This document shows, one piece after another, positions 55,660-64,000 of a DNA stretch of 64,000 bases. The stretch's first letter is position 1. Each line of letters opens with the position of its first letter. The translations under genes and the position numbers were made by a program. The stretch lies in NCBI GenBank assembly GCA_963800785.1, contig CAWDCH010000013.1, forward strand, positions 141,877 to 205,876. Direction: 5' to 3'. Below the pieces are notes generated by a model. The model saw only the letters and a list, made by a program, of their open reading frames with translations. It had not been told where the DNA came from and made no database searches. Source of the stretch: Vicinamibacteria bacterium. GTDB taxonomy: Bacteria > Acidobacteriota > Vicinamibacteria > Vicinamibacterales > JAENWD01.

Positions 55660-56490
55660 ATGCGCCTGGGTCTAATCGCCGGTAACGGTAGATTTCCGTT
55701 TCTGGTGCTCGATGCCGCACGCGCGCAGGGCCACGACGTCACGATCGTCGCGGTGAAGGACGAGGCCTACCCGGACCTCGCCGACCTGGCGGCCAGATCC
55801 CCGCAGGCGCCCATCCACTGGGTACCGCTTGGTCATCTCGGCACCTGCATCAGAATCCTGAAGGACGCCGGCGTCAGCCATGCGGTGATGGCCGGACAGG
55901 TGAAGCACACGAAGATTTTCAGCGTCATGCCGGACTTGACGTTGCTCTCCGTGATTGCACGTCTGAAGGCCCGCAATACCGACGCGCTCATCTCGGCGGT
56001 GGCCGATGTCCTGCGTGAGAAAGGCATAGCGCTACTCGACTCCACCGAGCTGCTGCGGCCGCTGCTGGCGACGCCTGGTGTGCTGACATCGCGCGCGCCG
56101 AACGCCGCGGAGGAGGCGGACTTCGCATTCGGATATCGGATGGCGGATGCGATCGCGGGACTCGACATCGGGCAATCGATCGCCGTGCGGGACGCGGCGG
56201 TAGTGGCGGTGGAGGCAATGGAGGGGACCGACGAAATGATCCGACGCGCCGGTCGTCTGGCGGGGCAGGGGATCCGGGTGGTGAAGGTGGCAAAGCCCAG
56301 ACAGGACATGCGTTTCGACGTGCCCGTCGTCGGCGCGGCGACGATCGCCGTGATGCGAGAGGTTGGCGCGACGGCCCTTTCGGTGGACGCCGGCAAAGCG
56401 CTGCTCATCGACGGTCCCGACGTCGTTCGCGTCGCCAACGATGCCGGCATCGCCATCGTCGGTCGCGCAGTAGTGGAGGCGGGGCTCTAA
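55660..56490 (+). CDS. lpxI: LpxI-family UDP-2,3-diacylglucosamine diphosphatase (DUF1009)
   Basis: [21 protein letters not shown]..., [10 protein letters not shown] and [26 protein letters not shown]. It sits in a lipid A gene context. Confidence 0.8.
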   Translation: MRLGLIAGNGRFPFLVLDAARAQGHDVTIVAVKDEAYPDLADLAARSPQAPIHWVPLGHLGTCIRILKDAGVSHAVMAGQVKHTKIFSVMPDLTLLSVIARLKARNTDALISAVADVLREKGIALLDSTELLRPLLATPGVLTSRAPNAAEEADFAFGYRMADAIAGLDIGQSIAVRDAAVVAVEAMEGTDEMIRRAGRLAGQGIRVVKVAKPRQDMRFDVPVVGAATIAVMREVGATALSVDAGKALLIDGPDVVRVANDAGIAIVGRAVVEAGL

Positions 56491-56505
56491 CCCCGCGATA
56501 GTGTT

Positions 56506-57483
56506 GTGACAAAGCTTGCAGTTATCGGCGTCGGCCATCTCGGGCGCCATCACGCGCGAATCCTGTCGGCAATGCCGGACGCGGAGCTCGTAGGCATCGT
56601 CGACATCAACCAGGAGCGTGCGGAGCAGGTTGCCGAGGCGAACAAGACGCAGGCGATTCGCGATGCGGCGAATCTGATCGGCAAGGTCGATGGCGTGGTG
56701 ATCGCCACGCCGACCGAATCGCACGCCGCCGTGGCGCGGCGCTTCCTGGAAGCCGGGATGGCGGTACTGATTGAGAAGCCGCTGGCGCGGTCGATGGCCG
56801 AAGCCGACGAGCTCGTGCGCCTGGCGAGCGAGACAGGAACGCTGCTTGCCGTCGGGCACACCGAACGATTCAACCCCGCCGTGGCGGCGGCGCGCCCCCT
56901 CCTGACCGCGCCGCGGTTCATCGAGGTTCATCGCCTCGGGGCGTTCCCCGATAGGAGCCTCGACATCGATGTCGTTTTTGATCTGATGATTCACGATCTC
57001 GATGTGGTGCTGTCGATCGTGAACTCGCCGGTCTCGGCGATCGATGCAGTGGGCGTGCCCGTGCTCACCCCGAGGATCGATATCGCCAACGTCCGGCTCC
57101 GGTTCCAGACGGGCTGCATCGTCAATCTGACAGCCAGCCGAATCAGCCGGGATCGGACTCGCAAGATCCGCTTCTTCCAGCCCGAGTCCTACGTGGCGAT
57201 TGATTACGCGGCGCAGGAGGTGGAGATGTGGCGACTGGTGCGGCAGCCCGCGGGCATGCCAACGATCGAGGGCGGCCCCGTCTCGGTCACGTCGGATGAG
57301 CCGTTGAAGCGGGAGCTCGAGGATTTCGTCGACGCGATTCGCGGCCACCGGCCGCCGCAAGTGACCGGCGAAGACGGCCGCCGCGCATTGGCCCTGGCGC
57401 AGGAGATCTCCGCGCAGATGGTGTTGACAACGAATACCGCCGCAGGGCCACACGTCGGCGCCGCCGGTGATCGGCGCGACTGA
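56506..57483 (+). CDS. Gfo/Idh/MocA-family oxidoreductase
   Basis: LAVIGVGHLGRHHAR Rossmann N-terminus, plus EKPLA and a C-terminal alpha/beta domain. Confidence 0.85.
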   Translation: MTKLAVIGVGHLGRHHARILSAMPDAELVGIVDINQERAEQVAEANKTQAIRDAANLIGKVDGVVIATPTESHAAVARRFLEAGMAVLIEKPLARSMAEADELVRLASETGTLLAVGHTERFNPAVAAARPLLTAPRFIEVHRLGAFPDRSLDIDVVFDLMIHDLDVVLSIVNSPVSAIDAVGVPVLTPRIDIANVRLRFQTGCIVNLTASRISRDRTRKIRFFQPESYVAIDYAAQEVEMWRLVRQPAGMPTIEGGPVSVTSDEPLKRELEDFVDAIRGHRPPQVTGEDGRRALALAQEISAQMVLTTNTAAGPHVGAAGDRRD

Positions 57484-57510
57484 AGTCGCATCCTACTACT
57501 GTCACGAAAC

Positions 57511-58401
57511 ATGACCGCAACTGAGGCAATTCTCGAGAGAGCGATCGCGGGTGACGATCTGTCACCAGACGACGTGAATGCCATCCACGCGATCCCTGAC
57601 GTGCTCGCACTCGGTATGGCGGCAGACGAGGTCCGCCGGCGCCGGCACGGGGCGAACATCACATTCGTACGCGTGCAGATCGTGCCCGTCGATTCGGTGA
57701 GCGATCAATTCGCCGTCGCGCCTGCCGCCGGTGAGATTCGCCTGACGGGCTCTCTCGCCGATCTCGAACGTGCTCTGGACGCCGTTCGCCGAGTCGTGGC
57801 GCTTGTTGGGAGGCGTGTCCCGGTTCACGGGTTCTCGCTCGCCGAAGTTGACGCTGTTGCCGGGGTTGATACGGCAAAAGCGGTTGAGGTGTTGACATCC
57901 CTGCACGCGGTCGGCCTGGAGCGCATCGCCGAGGCACCGCTCGATGGGTTGCCATCCGTCGAGCCGTTGCTTGAGAGCGTCTTCAACGTCGGTCTCGGGA
58001 TCGCTCGGGCGACGGTCGAGCGTGCGCCCGCGGACGCGCGCGCAGCGCTGCTCGATTCTGCTGCACGAATCCTCGGTGCGTACCCGGCAATCGTGGCCTT
58101 CGCACCGCTGCCGCGGCGCAGCGGTGTTTATCCCTCCACCGGGTTCGAGGACGTCCGGCTGGTCGCGTTGACCCGTCTGCTCGTCGACGTGCCGCACGTG
58201 CAGGTGGATTGGCAGCTCTATGGTCCCAAGCTCGCACAGGTCGCGCTGACATTCGGCGCCGACGACGTGGACAATGTGTCGCCGGTGGACGACGCGCCGG
58301 AGGGCAGAAGGCGGGCGCCGCTCGAGGAAATCCGCCGGAACATCGTCGCGGCGTCAGGCGAGCCCATCGAACGGGACGGACGCTTCGAGACTCGCGCCTG
58401 A
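57511..58401 (+). CDS. cysteine-free paralogue of the MqnC/MqnE radical-SAM family (function unknown)
   Basis: 296 aa, clearly alignable by eye to the neighbouring MqnC at both ends (LS.DD....A.....LG..AD.VR.R.H; TG.E.....A..RL..D...VQ..W...G.K.AQ.AL.FGA.D). It contains no Cys at all and lacks CxxxCxxC. Confidence 0.7.
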   Translation: MTATEAILERAIAGDDLSPDDVNAIHAIPDVLALGMAADEVRRRRHGANITFVRVQIVPVDSVSDQFAVAPAAGEIRLTGSLADLERALDAVRRVVALVGRRVPVHGFSLAEVDAVAGVDTAKAVEVLTSLHAVGLERIAEAPLDGLPSVEPLLESVFNVGLGIARATVERAPADARAALLDSAARILGAYPAIVAFAPLPRRSGVYPSTGFEDVRLVALTRLLVDVPHVQVDWQLYGPKLAQVALTFGADDVDNVSPVDDAPEGRRRAPLEEIRRNIVAASGEPIERDGRFETRA

Positions 58402-59195
58402 TGGCCATCGTTCGCATCGGTGCGGTGTCGTATCTGAACGCGCGGCCGCTCGTCGAAGGCCTCGAGGCCCTGACCGATCGCTTCTCGGTTCGGTACGATC
58501 TGCCCAGCACGTGTGCCCAGCTGCTGCACGCACGTCAGATTGATCTCGGTCTGATCCCCTCGATCGAGTATCTGCGCGGTGACGGCTATCGCATCGTGCC
58601 CGACTGCGCCGTCGCCGCGGATGGCCGGGTCGCGTCCGTCGCGATCTTCACGTCGATGCCGATCGAACGCGTGCGATCGATCGCCCTCGACACCAGCTCG
58701 CGAACATCGGTGGCGCTGACGCGCGTGATGGCGGCACGATACTTCGGGATCGCGCCGTCGTTCGTTGACTACAGTCCAGATCTGCCCGGCATGATCGCGC
58801 GCGCGGATGCGGCGCTGCTCATCGGTGATCCGGCGCTTCTTGCCGATTACGAGCCGTTGGGTCTTCAGAAAATCGATCTCGGCGCTGCATGGAAGGATTT
58901 CACCGGCCTTCCGTTCGTGTTTGCGTGCTGGACGGGAGTTTCCGGCGCAGTGAACGCGGATGACGTGGCCACGCTTCAGGCCGCGCGCGCAGCGGGGGAG
59001 TCGCACTCCGCCGCCGTGGCGGCGCGGTTCTTTCCGGATGATCCGGAACGGGCTGCGCTCGGCGGCCGATATCTGCGCGAGAACATCCGTTTTCGCCTGG
59101 GTGAGCGCGAGATCGCGGGGCTGGAGCGGTTCTACGCGCTTGCGGCGGAGGTGGGCGTGGTGCCGCGTTCGCAGCCGCTCCGCTGGCTCCCCTGA
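58401..59195 (+). CDS. mqnA: chorismate dehydratase MqnA (futalosine pathway)
   Basis: ATG 58401 (TGATG overlap with the upstream gene). MAIVRIGAVSYLNARPL...IDLGLIPSIEY. Confidence 0.85.
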   Translation: MAIVRIGAVSYLNARPLVEGLEALTDRFSVRYDLPSTCAQLLHARQIDLGLIPSIEYLRGDGYRIVPDCAVAADGRVASVAIFTSMPIERVRSIALDTSSRTSVALTRVMAARYFGIAPSFVDYSPDLPGMIARADAALLIGDPALLADYEPLGLQKIDLGAAWKDFTGLPFVFACWTGVSGAVNADDVATLQAARAAGESHSAAVAARFFPDDPERAALGGRYLRENIRFRLGEREIAGLERFYALAAEVGVVPRSQPLRWLP

Positions 59196-59252
59196 TCGTG
59201 CGGGTCTACTGGCGGAGCTTGGTCCGCCTGGAACGGATTAGAATTCGAAGGA

Positions 59253-60470
59253 ATGAGCCTGACCGGGATCATCGATAAGGCGGCGGCGGGAGAGCGGCTG
59301 ACTGCGAGCGACGCCCTGACGCTGTACGCTCAGGCGCCCACACATGCGCTCGGCCGGCTTGCTGATGCCGTCCGTGCGCGCAAGCATCCTGGGCGCGTCG
59401 TCACCTACATCATCGATCGCAACGTCAACTACACGAACGTCTGCGTCGCGCGGTGCAACTTCTGCGCGTTCTATCGTCCGGTCGGCTCCGGCGAGGGCTA
59501 CGTTCTCTCCTTCGATGAGATCTTCAGGAAGATCGACGAGACGATTGCCGTCGGCGGCAACCAGCTGCTGCTTCAGGGCGGACACAATCCTGATATTCCC
59601 CTCGCCTGGTACGAGGATCTCTTCCGCTCCGTCAAGGCACGATATCCCGAGTTCAAGTTGCACGCCCTGTCGCCTCCGGAAGTGATCCACATCTCGCGGC
59701 TGTCGCACCTGCCGGTGCCCGAGGTGATTTCGCGGCTGGTCGCGGCGGGTCTCGACAGCGTGCCCGGCGGCGGTGCCGAGATTCTGGTCGATCGTGTCCG
59801 CACGCTGCTCCACTGCTACGGCAAGGCCACCGCCGATGAATGGCTCGGCGTCATGCGGCATGCACACCATGCCGGTCTGCGCACGACGGCGACGATGATG
59901 TACGGCACCGTCGAGACGCTCGACGAGCGTCTCGAGCACCTGTTCCGTCTGCGCGACTTGCAGGACGAAACCGGCGGCTTCACGGCATTCATCACCTGGA
60001 GCTTCCAGCCCGACCACACGGAGCTCGGACGCGACCACGGCGTGACGACCGAAGCGACCGGAATCGAATACCTCCGAACGTTGGCGATCGCACGTCTCGT
60101 CCTGGACAACTTCGATAATCTGCAGTCGTCGTGGGTTACGCAGGGCGGAAAGGTCGGGCAGCTCAGCCTGGCGTTCGGCGCCAACGACATGGGCTCGGTG
60201 ATGATAGAGGAGAACGTCGTGCGCGCCGCGGGCGCGGCGTACTGCATGGACGAACTCGAGATCGTCCGGAACATCGAGGACGCCGGCTTCATCGCGAAGC
60301 GACGCAGCATGCACTACGAAGTCCTCGGCGATCCCATGTTCCGCCTGCGCGACGTGCCGCGCATGCTGGAGCTGGCCACGTCTCGCGCGCCCGGCGACGT
60401 CGCGGTGCCCGCTGAACTGTCGAACTACGCCGCCCGCTCGCGCGCCGGTAAGGCAGCGCGGCAGCAATAG
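59253..60470 (+). CDS. mqnC: radical SAM cyclic dehypoxanthinyl futalosine synthase (MqnC; MqnE not excluded)
   Basis: IIDRNVNYTNVCVARCNFCAFYR, GGAEILVDRVR, QSSWVTQGGKVGQLSLAFGANDMGSVMIEENVV. Confidence 0.8.
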   Translation: MSLTGIIDKAAAGERLTASDALTLYAQAPTHALGRLADAVRARKHPGRVVTYIIDRNVNYTNVCVARCNFCAFYRPVGSGEGYVLSFDEIFRKIDETIAVGGNQLLLQGGHNPDIPLAWYEDLFRSVKARYPEFKLHALSPPEVIHISRLSHLPVPEVISRLVAAGLDSVPGGGAEILVDRVRTLLHCYGKATADEWLGVMRHAHHAGLRTTATMMYGTVETLDERLEHLFRLRDLQDETGGFTAFITWSFQPDHTELGRDHGVTTEATGIEYLRTLAIARLVLDNFDNLQSSWVTQGGKVGQLSLAFGANDMGSVMIEENVVRAAGAAYCMDELEIVRNIEDAGFIAKRRSMHYEVLGDPMFRLRDVPRMLELATSRAPGDVAVPAELSNYAARSRAGKAARQQ

Positions 60471-60532
60471 ACCCCCAGGAAAACTTCGACGGTCGAGGTC
60501 CGGCACCGGCCGCCGCTGACTATAATCGCGAC

Positions 60533-61159
60533 ATGTTCGCAGCCTTCAGACGGTCGCTGTTACCTCTTGTTGTCGCCCTCGTGTTCGCCTACGCGGCCGG
60601 CATCGCTCCGGCCTCCGCGCAGTCGCCCGCTCCCGCTGCGCCACCATCTGCCGCCGATTTGCCGATCAATCCGGAAGATCCGGAGGTCAAGTCCGGCACA
60701 CCGGGAAAAGACGTGATCTTCCTGCCGACGCCTCAGGAGGTGGTGTCGGCGATGCTGGATCTCGCGAAGGTCACTGATGAGGACGTCGTGTACGACCTCG
60801 GTTCGGGCGATGGCCGCACGCCAATTACCGCAGCAAAGGAACACGGCGCGCGCGGTGTTGGCGTCGAGTTCAACCCGAAGCTCGTGGCTCTGTCGCGCCA
60901 GAACGCCGAGAAAGCCGGCGTCGCCGATCGCGTGCGCTTCATCAACGCGGATCTGTTCCAGACCGACATCTCGGAAGCCACAGTGGTCACCCTGTACCTG
61001 CTCAGCTCGCTCAATCAAAAGCTGCTGCCGAAGCTGCAGCACGAGTTGAAACCAGGCACCCGAATCGTCTCCCACGCCTTCTCGATGGGCGACGAGTGGA
61101 AGCCCGATGCGGAGCGGACGGTCAACGGGAAGACGATCTACCTGTGGACAGTCAAATGA
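60533..61159 (+). CDS. class I SAM-dependent methyltransferase with N-terminal signal/anchor sequence
   Basis: LLPLVVALVFAYAAGIAPASAQ, then VYDLGSGDGR (motif I) and VEFNPKLV...RFINADLF. Confidence 0.8.
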   Translation: MFAAFRRSLLPLVVALVFAYAAGIAPASAQSPAPAAPPSAADLPINPEDPEVKSGTPGKDVIFLPTPQEVVSAMLDLAKVTDEDVVYDLGSGDGRTPITAAKEHGARGVGVEFNPKLVALSRQNAEKAGVADRVRFINADLFQTDISEATVVTLYLLSSLNQKLLPKLQHELKPGTRIVSHAFSMGDEWKPDAERTVNGKTIYLWTVK

Positions 61160-61170
61160 ACTGACGCTGA

Positions 61171-61353
61171 CAGTGCCAAGTGCCAAGTGCCAAGTGGAGT
61201 GAAGAGTGGAGAAGTTTGGAGTGGTGGGTATGAGTTACGTCGTTGCCGTTCTTGTTTGATTGGTCGCACAGTCGACGATCTGACCGATTGAGCCACTAGT
61301 CACTTTCCCACTTCTCACTCCACTTCGCACTTCGCACTTGGCACTTGGCACTG
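61171..61353. repeat. word hairpin family copy 2 (same arms as 31586-31759, ~64-nt core)
   Basis: Left arm CAGTGCCAAGTGCCAAGTGCCAAGTGGAGTGAAGAGTGG...; right arm ...CCCACTTCTCACTCCACTTCGCACTTCGCACTTGGCACTTGGCACTG. Confidence 0.85.
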
Positions 61354-61368
61354 TACAGTTCTTCCCCA

Positions 61369-62610
61369 GTGCTGGTCCTCCGCGCCCGGTGGATTCTTCC
61401 CATCGTCGATCGTCCTCTCTTGAACGGTTGGTGCGCCATCGATCGTGGCCGGATCGCCGCAGTGGGGCGCGCCGGTGCCGTATTGCCGTTTCGAGATGAC
61501 GCGCCGCTCGTCGATCTCGGCGACATGGCGGTACTGCCGTCGCTGACGAATGCACACACCCACCTCGAGCTGTCGTGGATGCGGGATCGGATCCCGAGAG
61601 GCACGCGGTTCACCGAATGGGTGCGGTCGATGCTGCGAACGAGACGCGGCGAGACACCGTCCGACGCGGCGGTCGTCGCATCCACCGAGGACGCGATACG
61701 CGAGATGCGCGCGGCCGGCGCCGGACTCGTCGGCGACGTGAGCAACTCCCTCGTGAGCGTCACCCCGCTCCGCCAGAGCCCGCTCCGTGGCGTTGTCTTC
61801 CACGAACTGCTGCGCCTGGCGGCGGCGGACGCTGAAACCGTGCTCGAACAAGGCCTCGATGCCGTGAAGCGTTGCGGTATCTCGCCTCGCGTGCCGGTCA
61901 GTCTCGCACCGCATGCACCGTATTCGGTATCGCCACGGCTCTTTCAAGGCATCCGCGCGGCGCAGGAACGTACCCCATTTCTGCCGTCGACGGTGCATCT
62001 CGCCGAGTCTCCGGAAGAAACAGAGCTGCTGGCCACCGGTGACGGCCCGTGGCGCACCCTTCTTCAGGATCTCGGGGCGTGGGACCCGGCGTGGACGCCG
62101 CCCCGCACCGACGCCGTGTCGTATCTCGATCAGATGAAAGTGCTGAACTCGCGCCTGCTCGCGGTGCACGGCGTGCAACTGGACGATCGGGCGCTCGAGC
62201 GTTTGAAGAGCAGAGGGACGACGATTGTGACGTGTCCGAGGAGCAATGCCTATGTCGGTGTGGGGTATCCACCGATCGATCGGTTCTATCGCTCCGGGGT
62301 AGCGGTGGCCATCGGCACCGACAGTCTTGCCAGCAACGACGATTTGAACCTCTTTTCAGAGCTGGAGTTACTGCACCGCCTGGCGCCGTCGGTGCCGCCC
62401 CGGGCGCTCCTGGAGAGCGCCACGGTGACCGGAGCGCGGGCGCTGGGATTTGGGGCGGAAACTGGTACGATCGAACCCGGTCGCGACGCCTCGCTCATCG
62501 CCGTCAATCTCCCGTCAAACGTCGTCGACGTCGAGGAATACCTGGTGAGCGGGATCGCTGCGGGCAGCGTGCGCTGGGTTCAAGACATAATCGCAGAAAC
62601 AGGGTTGTGA
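61369..62610 (+). CDS. amidohydrolase (aminofutalosine deaminase / chlorohydrolase-like family)
   Basis: LPSLTNAHTHLELS metal-binding motif and C-terminal IGTDSLASN. The probable start is GTG 61369, because the track start 61345 lies in the repeat arm. Confidence 0.8.
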   Translation: MLVLRARWILPIVDRPLLNGWCAIDRGRIAAVGRAGAVLPFRDDAPLVDLGDMAVLPSLTNAHTHLELSWMRDRIPRGTRFTEWVRSMLRTRRGETPSDAAVVASTEDAIREMRAAGAGLVGDVSNSLVSVTPLRQSPLRGVVFHELLRLAAADAETVLEQGLDAVKRCGISPRVPVSLAPHAPYSVSPRLFQGIRAAQERTPFLPSTVHLAESPEETELLATGDGPWRTLLQDLGAWDPAWTPPRTDAVSYLDQMKVLNSRLLAVHGVQLDDRALERLKSRGTTIVTCPRSNAYVGVGYPPIDRFYRSGVAVAIGTDSLASNDDLNLFSELELLHRLAPSVPPRALLESATVTGARALGFGAETGTIEPGRDASLIAVNLPSNVVDVEEYLVSGIAAGSVRWVQDIIAETGL

Positions 62611-63455
62611 TGATTCGGCGCTACCTCTCGTTCATCCGATTCAGCCACTCGGTGTTCGCGCTGCCGTTTGCGCTCGTCGGCGCGCTGCTGGCAGCGCGGC
62701 TCGTCACGGTCGGCTGGCGGCAGGTACTGTGGATCGTCGTGGCGATGGTGGCGGCACGCAGCGCGGCGATGGGGTTCAATCGGCTTGTCGATGCCGACTA
62801 CGACGCGCGCAATCCCCGGACCGCGCTGCGCGAGCTCCCCCAGGGGCTGATTTCCCGGCCATCGGCGACGCTGTTCGTCGTGATGGCGTCCGTCGCGTTC
62901 GTGATCGCCGCAGGGCAGCTGTCGACGCTCTGTCTCGTCCTGTCGCCGGTCGCGCTCGCGATCGTCTTCTGGTATTCGCTCGCGAAGCGTTACACCGCCT
63001 ACACACAGGCATTTCTCGGCCTAGCGATGGCGGTCGCGCCGGTCGGCGGCTGGCTGGCGGCCGGTGGTCGTGGCGGGTGGGAGCCCTGGCTGCTGGGTCT
63101 CGCAATCGGTTTGTGGGTCGGTGGCTTCGACGTGCTCTACGCGTGTCAGGATCTCGAGTTCGATCGCGCGCACGGCCTGCGATCGATTCCGGTGCGGTTC
63201 GGGTTGACGCGATCGATCCTGATCTCACGCGTGATGCACGCGCTGACGATTCTTTGCATGCTGCTGGTGGGGTTCGTGGCGGGTCTTGGACCGCTCTATA
63301 TGGCCGGCGTCGGGCTTGTCGCAGCGCTTCTCACTTACGAGCAGTCGCTCGTCGCACCCGACGATCTTTCCCAGGTGAAACGGGCCTTCGATCTCAACGG
63401 TTACGTTGGTATCCTGTACTTGGCCACCACCGCGGCCGCGATTTACGTTCGTTAA
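62610..63455 (+). CDS. UbiA-family polyprenyltransferase (MqnP-like, menaquinone branch)
   Basis: ATG 62610 (TGATG overlap). NRLVDADYDARNPRT and DVLYACQDLEFD Asp-rich motifs with about 8 TM segments. Confidence 0.85.
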   Translation: MIRRYLSFIRFSHSVFALPFALVGALLAARLVTVGWRQVLWIVVAMVAARSAAMGFNRLVDADYDARNPRTALRELPQGLISRPSATLFVVMASVAFVIAAGQLSTLCLVLSPVALAIVFWYSLAKRYTAYTQAFLGLAMAVAPVGGWLAAGGRGGWEPWLLGLAIGLWVGGFDVLYACQDLEFDRAHGLRSIPVRFGLTRSILISRVMHALTILCMLLVGFVAGLGPLYMAGVGLVAALLTYEQSLVAPDDLSQVKRAFDLNGYVGILYLATTAAAIYVR

Positions 63456-63506
63456 CACGGCCGGGTCTCGTCCAACCGCCATCGCCCTTCGTCTGAACCA
63501 AAAGCC

Positions 63507-64000
63507 GTGATTCCCCAGTCGCACCAGCCGATCGCTCACGACGTCGTCGACGAATCCCTGCGCGCGAAAACGCCGGATCGAATCGCCGGCATGTTTGACG
63601 CCATTGCCAGCCGCTACGATCTGCTGAATCGCCTGCTGAGCGTCGGCGTGGATCAGTGGTGGCGTCGGCGCGCCGTCAATGCCCTTCGGATGACCGGCCG
63701 CGAGACGCTCCTGGACCTGTGCACCGGGACAGCAGATGTGGCGATCATGGCGTGCCGCCGAGGCGGTGCAGCGCGCGCGATCGGGATCGATTTCTCCCAC
63801 CAGATGCTCCGTGTGGGCCTCGCCAAGGTACGAAAACGTCATGCCGTCCCACGAATTGCGCTGATTCGGGGCGATGCCACGACGATCCCGCTCGCCTCCG
63901 AGTCGGTGGATGCGGCGACGATTGCCTTCGGCATCCGGAACGTTCAGCGGCCCGATGTCGCGTGCCGTGAGCTGGCACGGGTCGTGCGACAAGGAGGACG
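63507..64000 (+). CDS. ubiE: demethylmenaquinone/ubiquinone methyltransferase UbiE/MenG, 3' end outside the window
   Basis: My translation from GTG 63507 reads ...IAGMFDAIASRYDLLNRLLSVGVDQWWRRRAV...LLDLCTGTADVAI...IAFGIRNV. It is not in the track because it runs off the window. Confidence 0.85.
   Translation, partial: MIPQSHQPIAHDVVDESLRAKTPDRIAGMFDAIASRYDLLNRLLSVGVDQWWRRRAVNALRMTGRETLLDLCTGTADVAIMACRRGGAARAIGIDFSHQMLRVGLAKVRKRHAVPRIALIRGDATTIPLASESVDAATIAFGIRNVQRPDVACRELARVVRQGG

Noticed and set aside
53965-60506. Minus-strand ORFs 53965..55185, 56032..57453, 57562..58197, 58218..59006 and 59238..60506
   Set aside because: All are antisense to recognisable lipid A or menaquinone genes and show no family motifs.

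Overview
High-GC (roughly 65%) bacterial chromosomal segment packed with housekeeping genes. The VWFA-related acidobacterial-type protein, the LpxI and futalosine menaquinone routes and the envelope gene set suggest Acidobacteriota; this is inference only. I saw no rRNA, tRNA, CRISPR array, transposase or integrase by eye. Left to right: a trehalose/alpha-glucan operon on the minus strand (glgE, treS-pep2, treY, glgX, treZ); cystathionine beta-synthase; a polysaccharide deacetylase; PBP1A; a FecR-like protein; dnaK-dnaJ-hspR; a DnaC-like ATPase; hemW; acyl-CoA dehydrogenase-meaB-mce; an MBL hydrolase; mtnP plus a PfkB kinase; a TetR-controlled RND efflux operon (tetR, MFP, RND, TolC); a VWA protein; four small membrane proteins; enoyl-CoA hydratase; ribH-nusB-lysS; lolE-lolD; clpC; bamA-skp-(fabZ-lpxA fusion)-lpxI; and a futalosine menaquinone cluster (mqnA, mqnC, deaminase-like amidohydrolase, prenyltransferase, ubiE/menG). 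Two things stand out. (1) At least nine intergenic low-complexity elements are built from short tandem words, usually with the reverse-complement words forming the opposite arm of a long hairpin. Each uses a different word, and nearly all abut gene boundaries inside operons. One (45503-45965) encloses a decayed four-helix-bundle (23S rRNA IVS protein / Avd-like) gene. Two (31586-31759 and 61171-61353) are clear copies of one family. One is an 800-bp composite array splitting the trehalose operon. (2) Several otherwise well-conserved genes (dnaK, meaB, the RND pump, TolC, the four-helix-bundle gene) are interrupted by single-base frame shifts. These look more like homopolymer-length assembly errors than biology, but they need read-level checking. 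Many long ORFs in the supplied track are antisense GC-rich artefacts and are rejected below.
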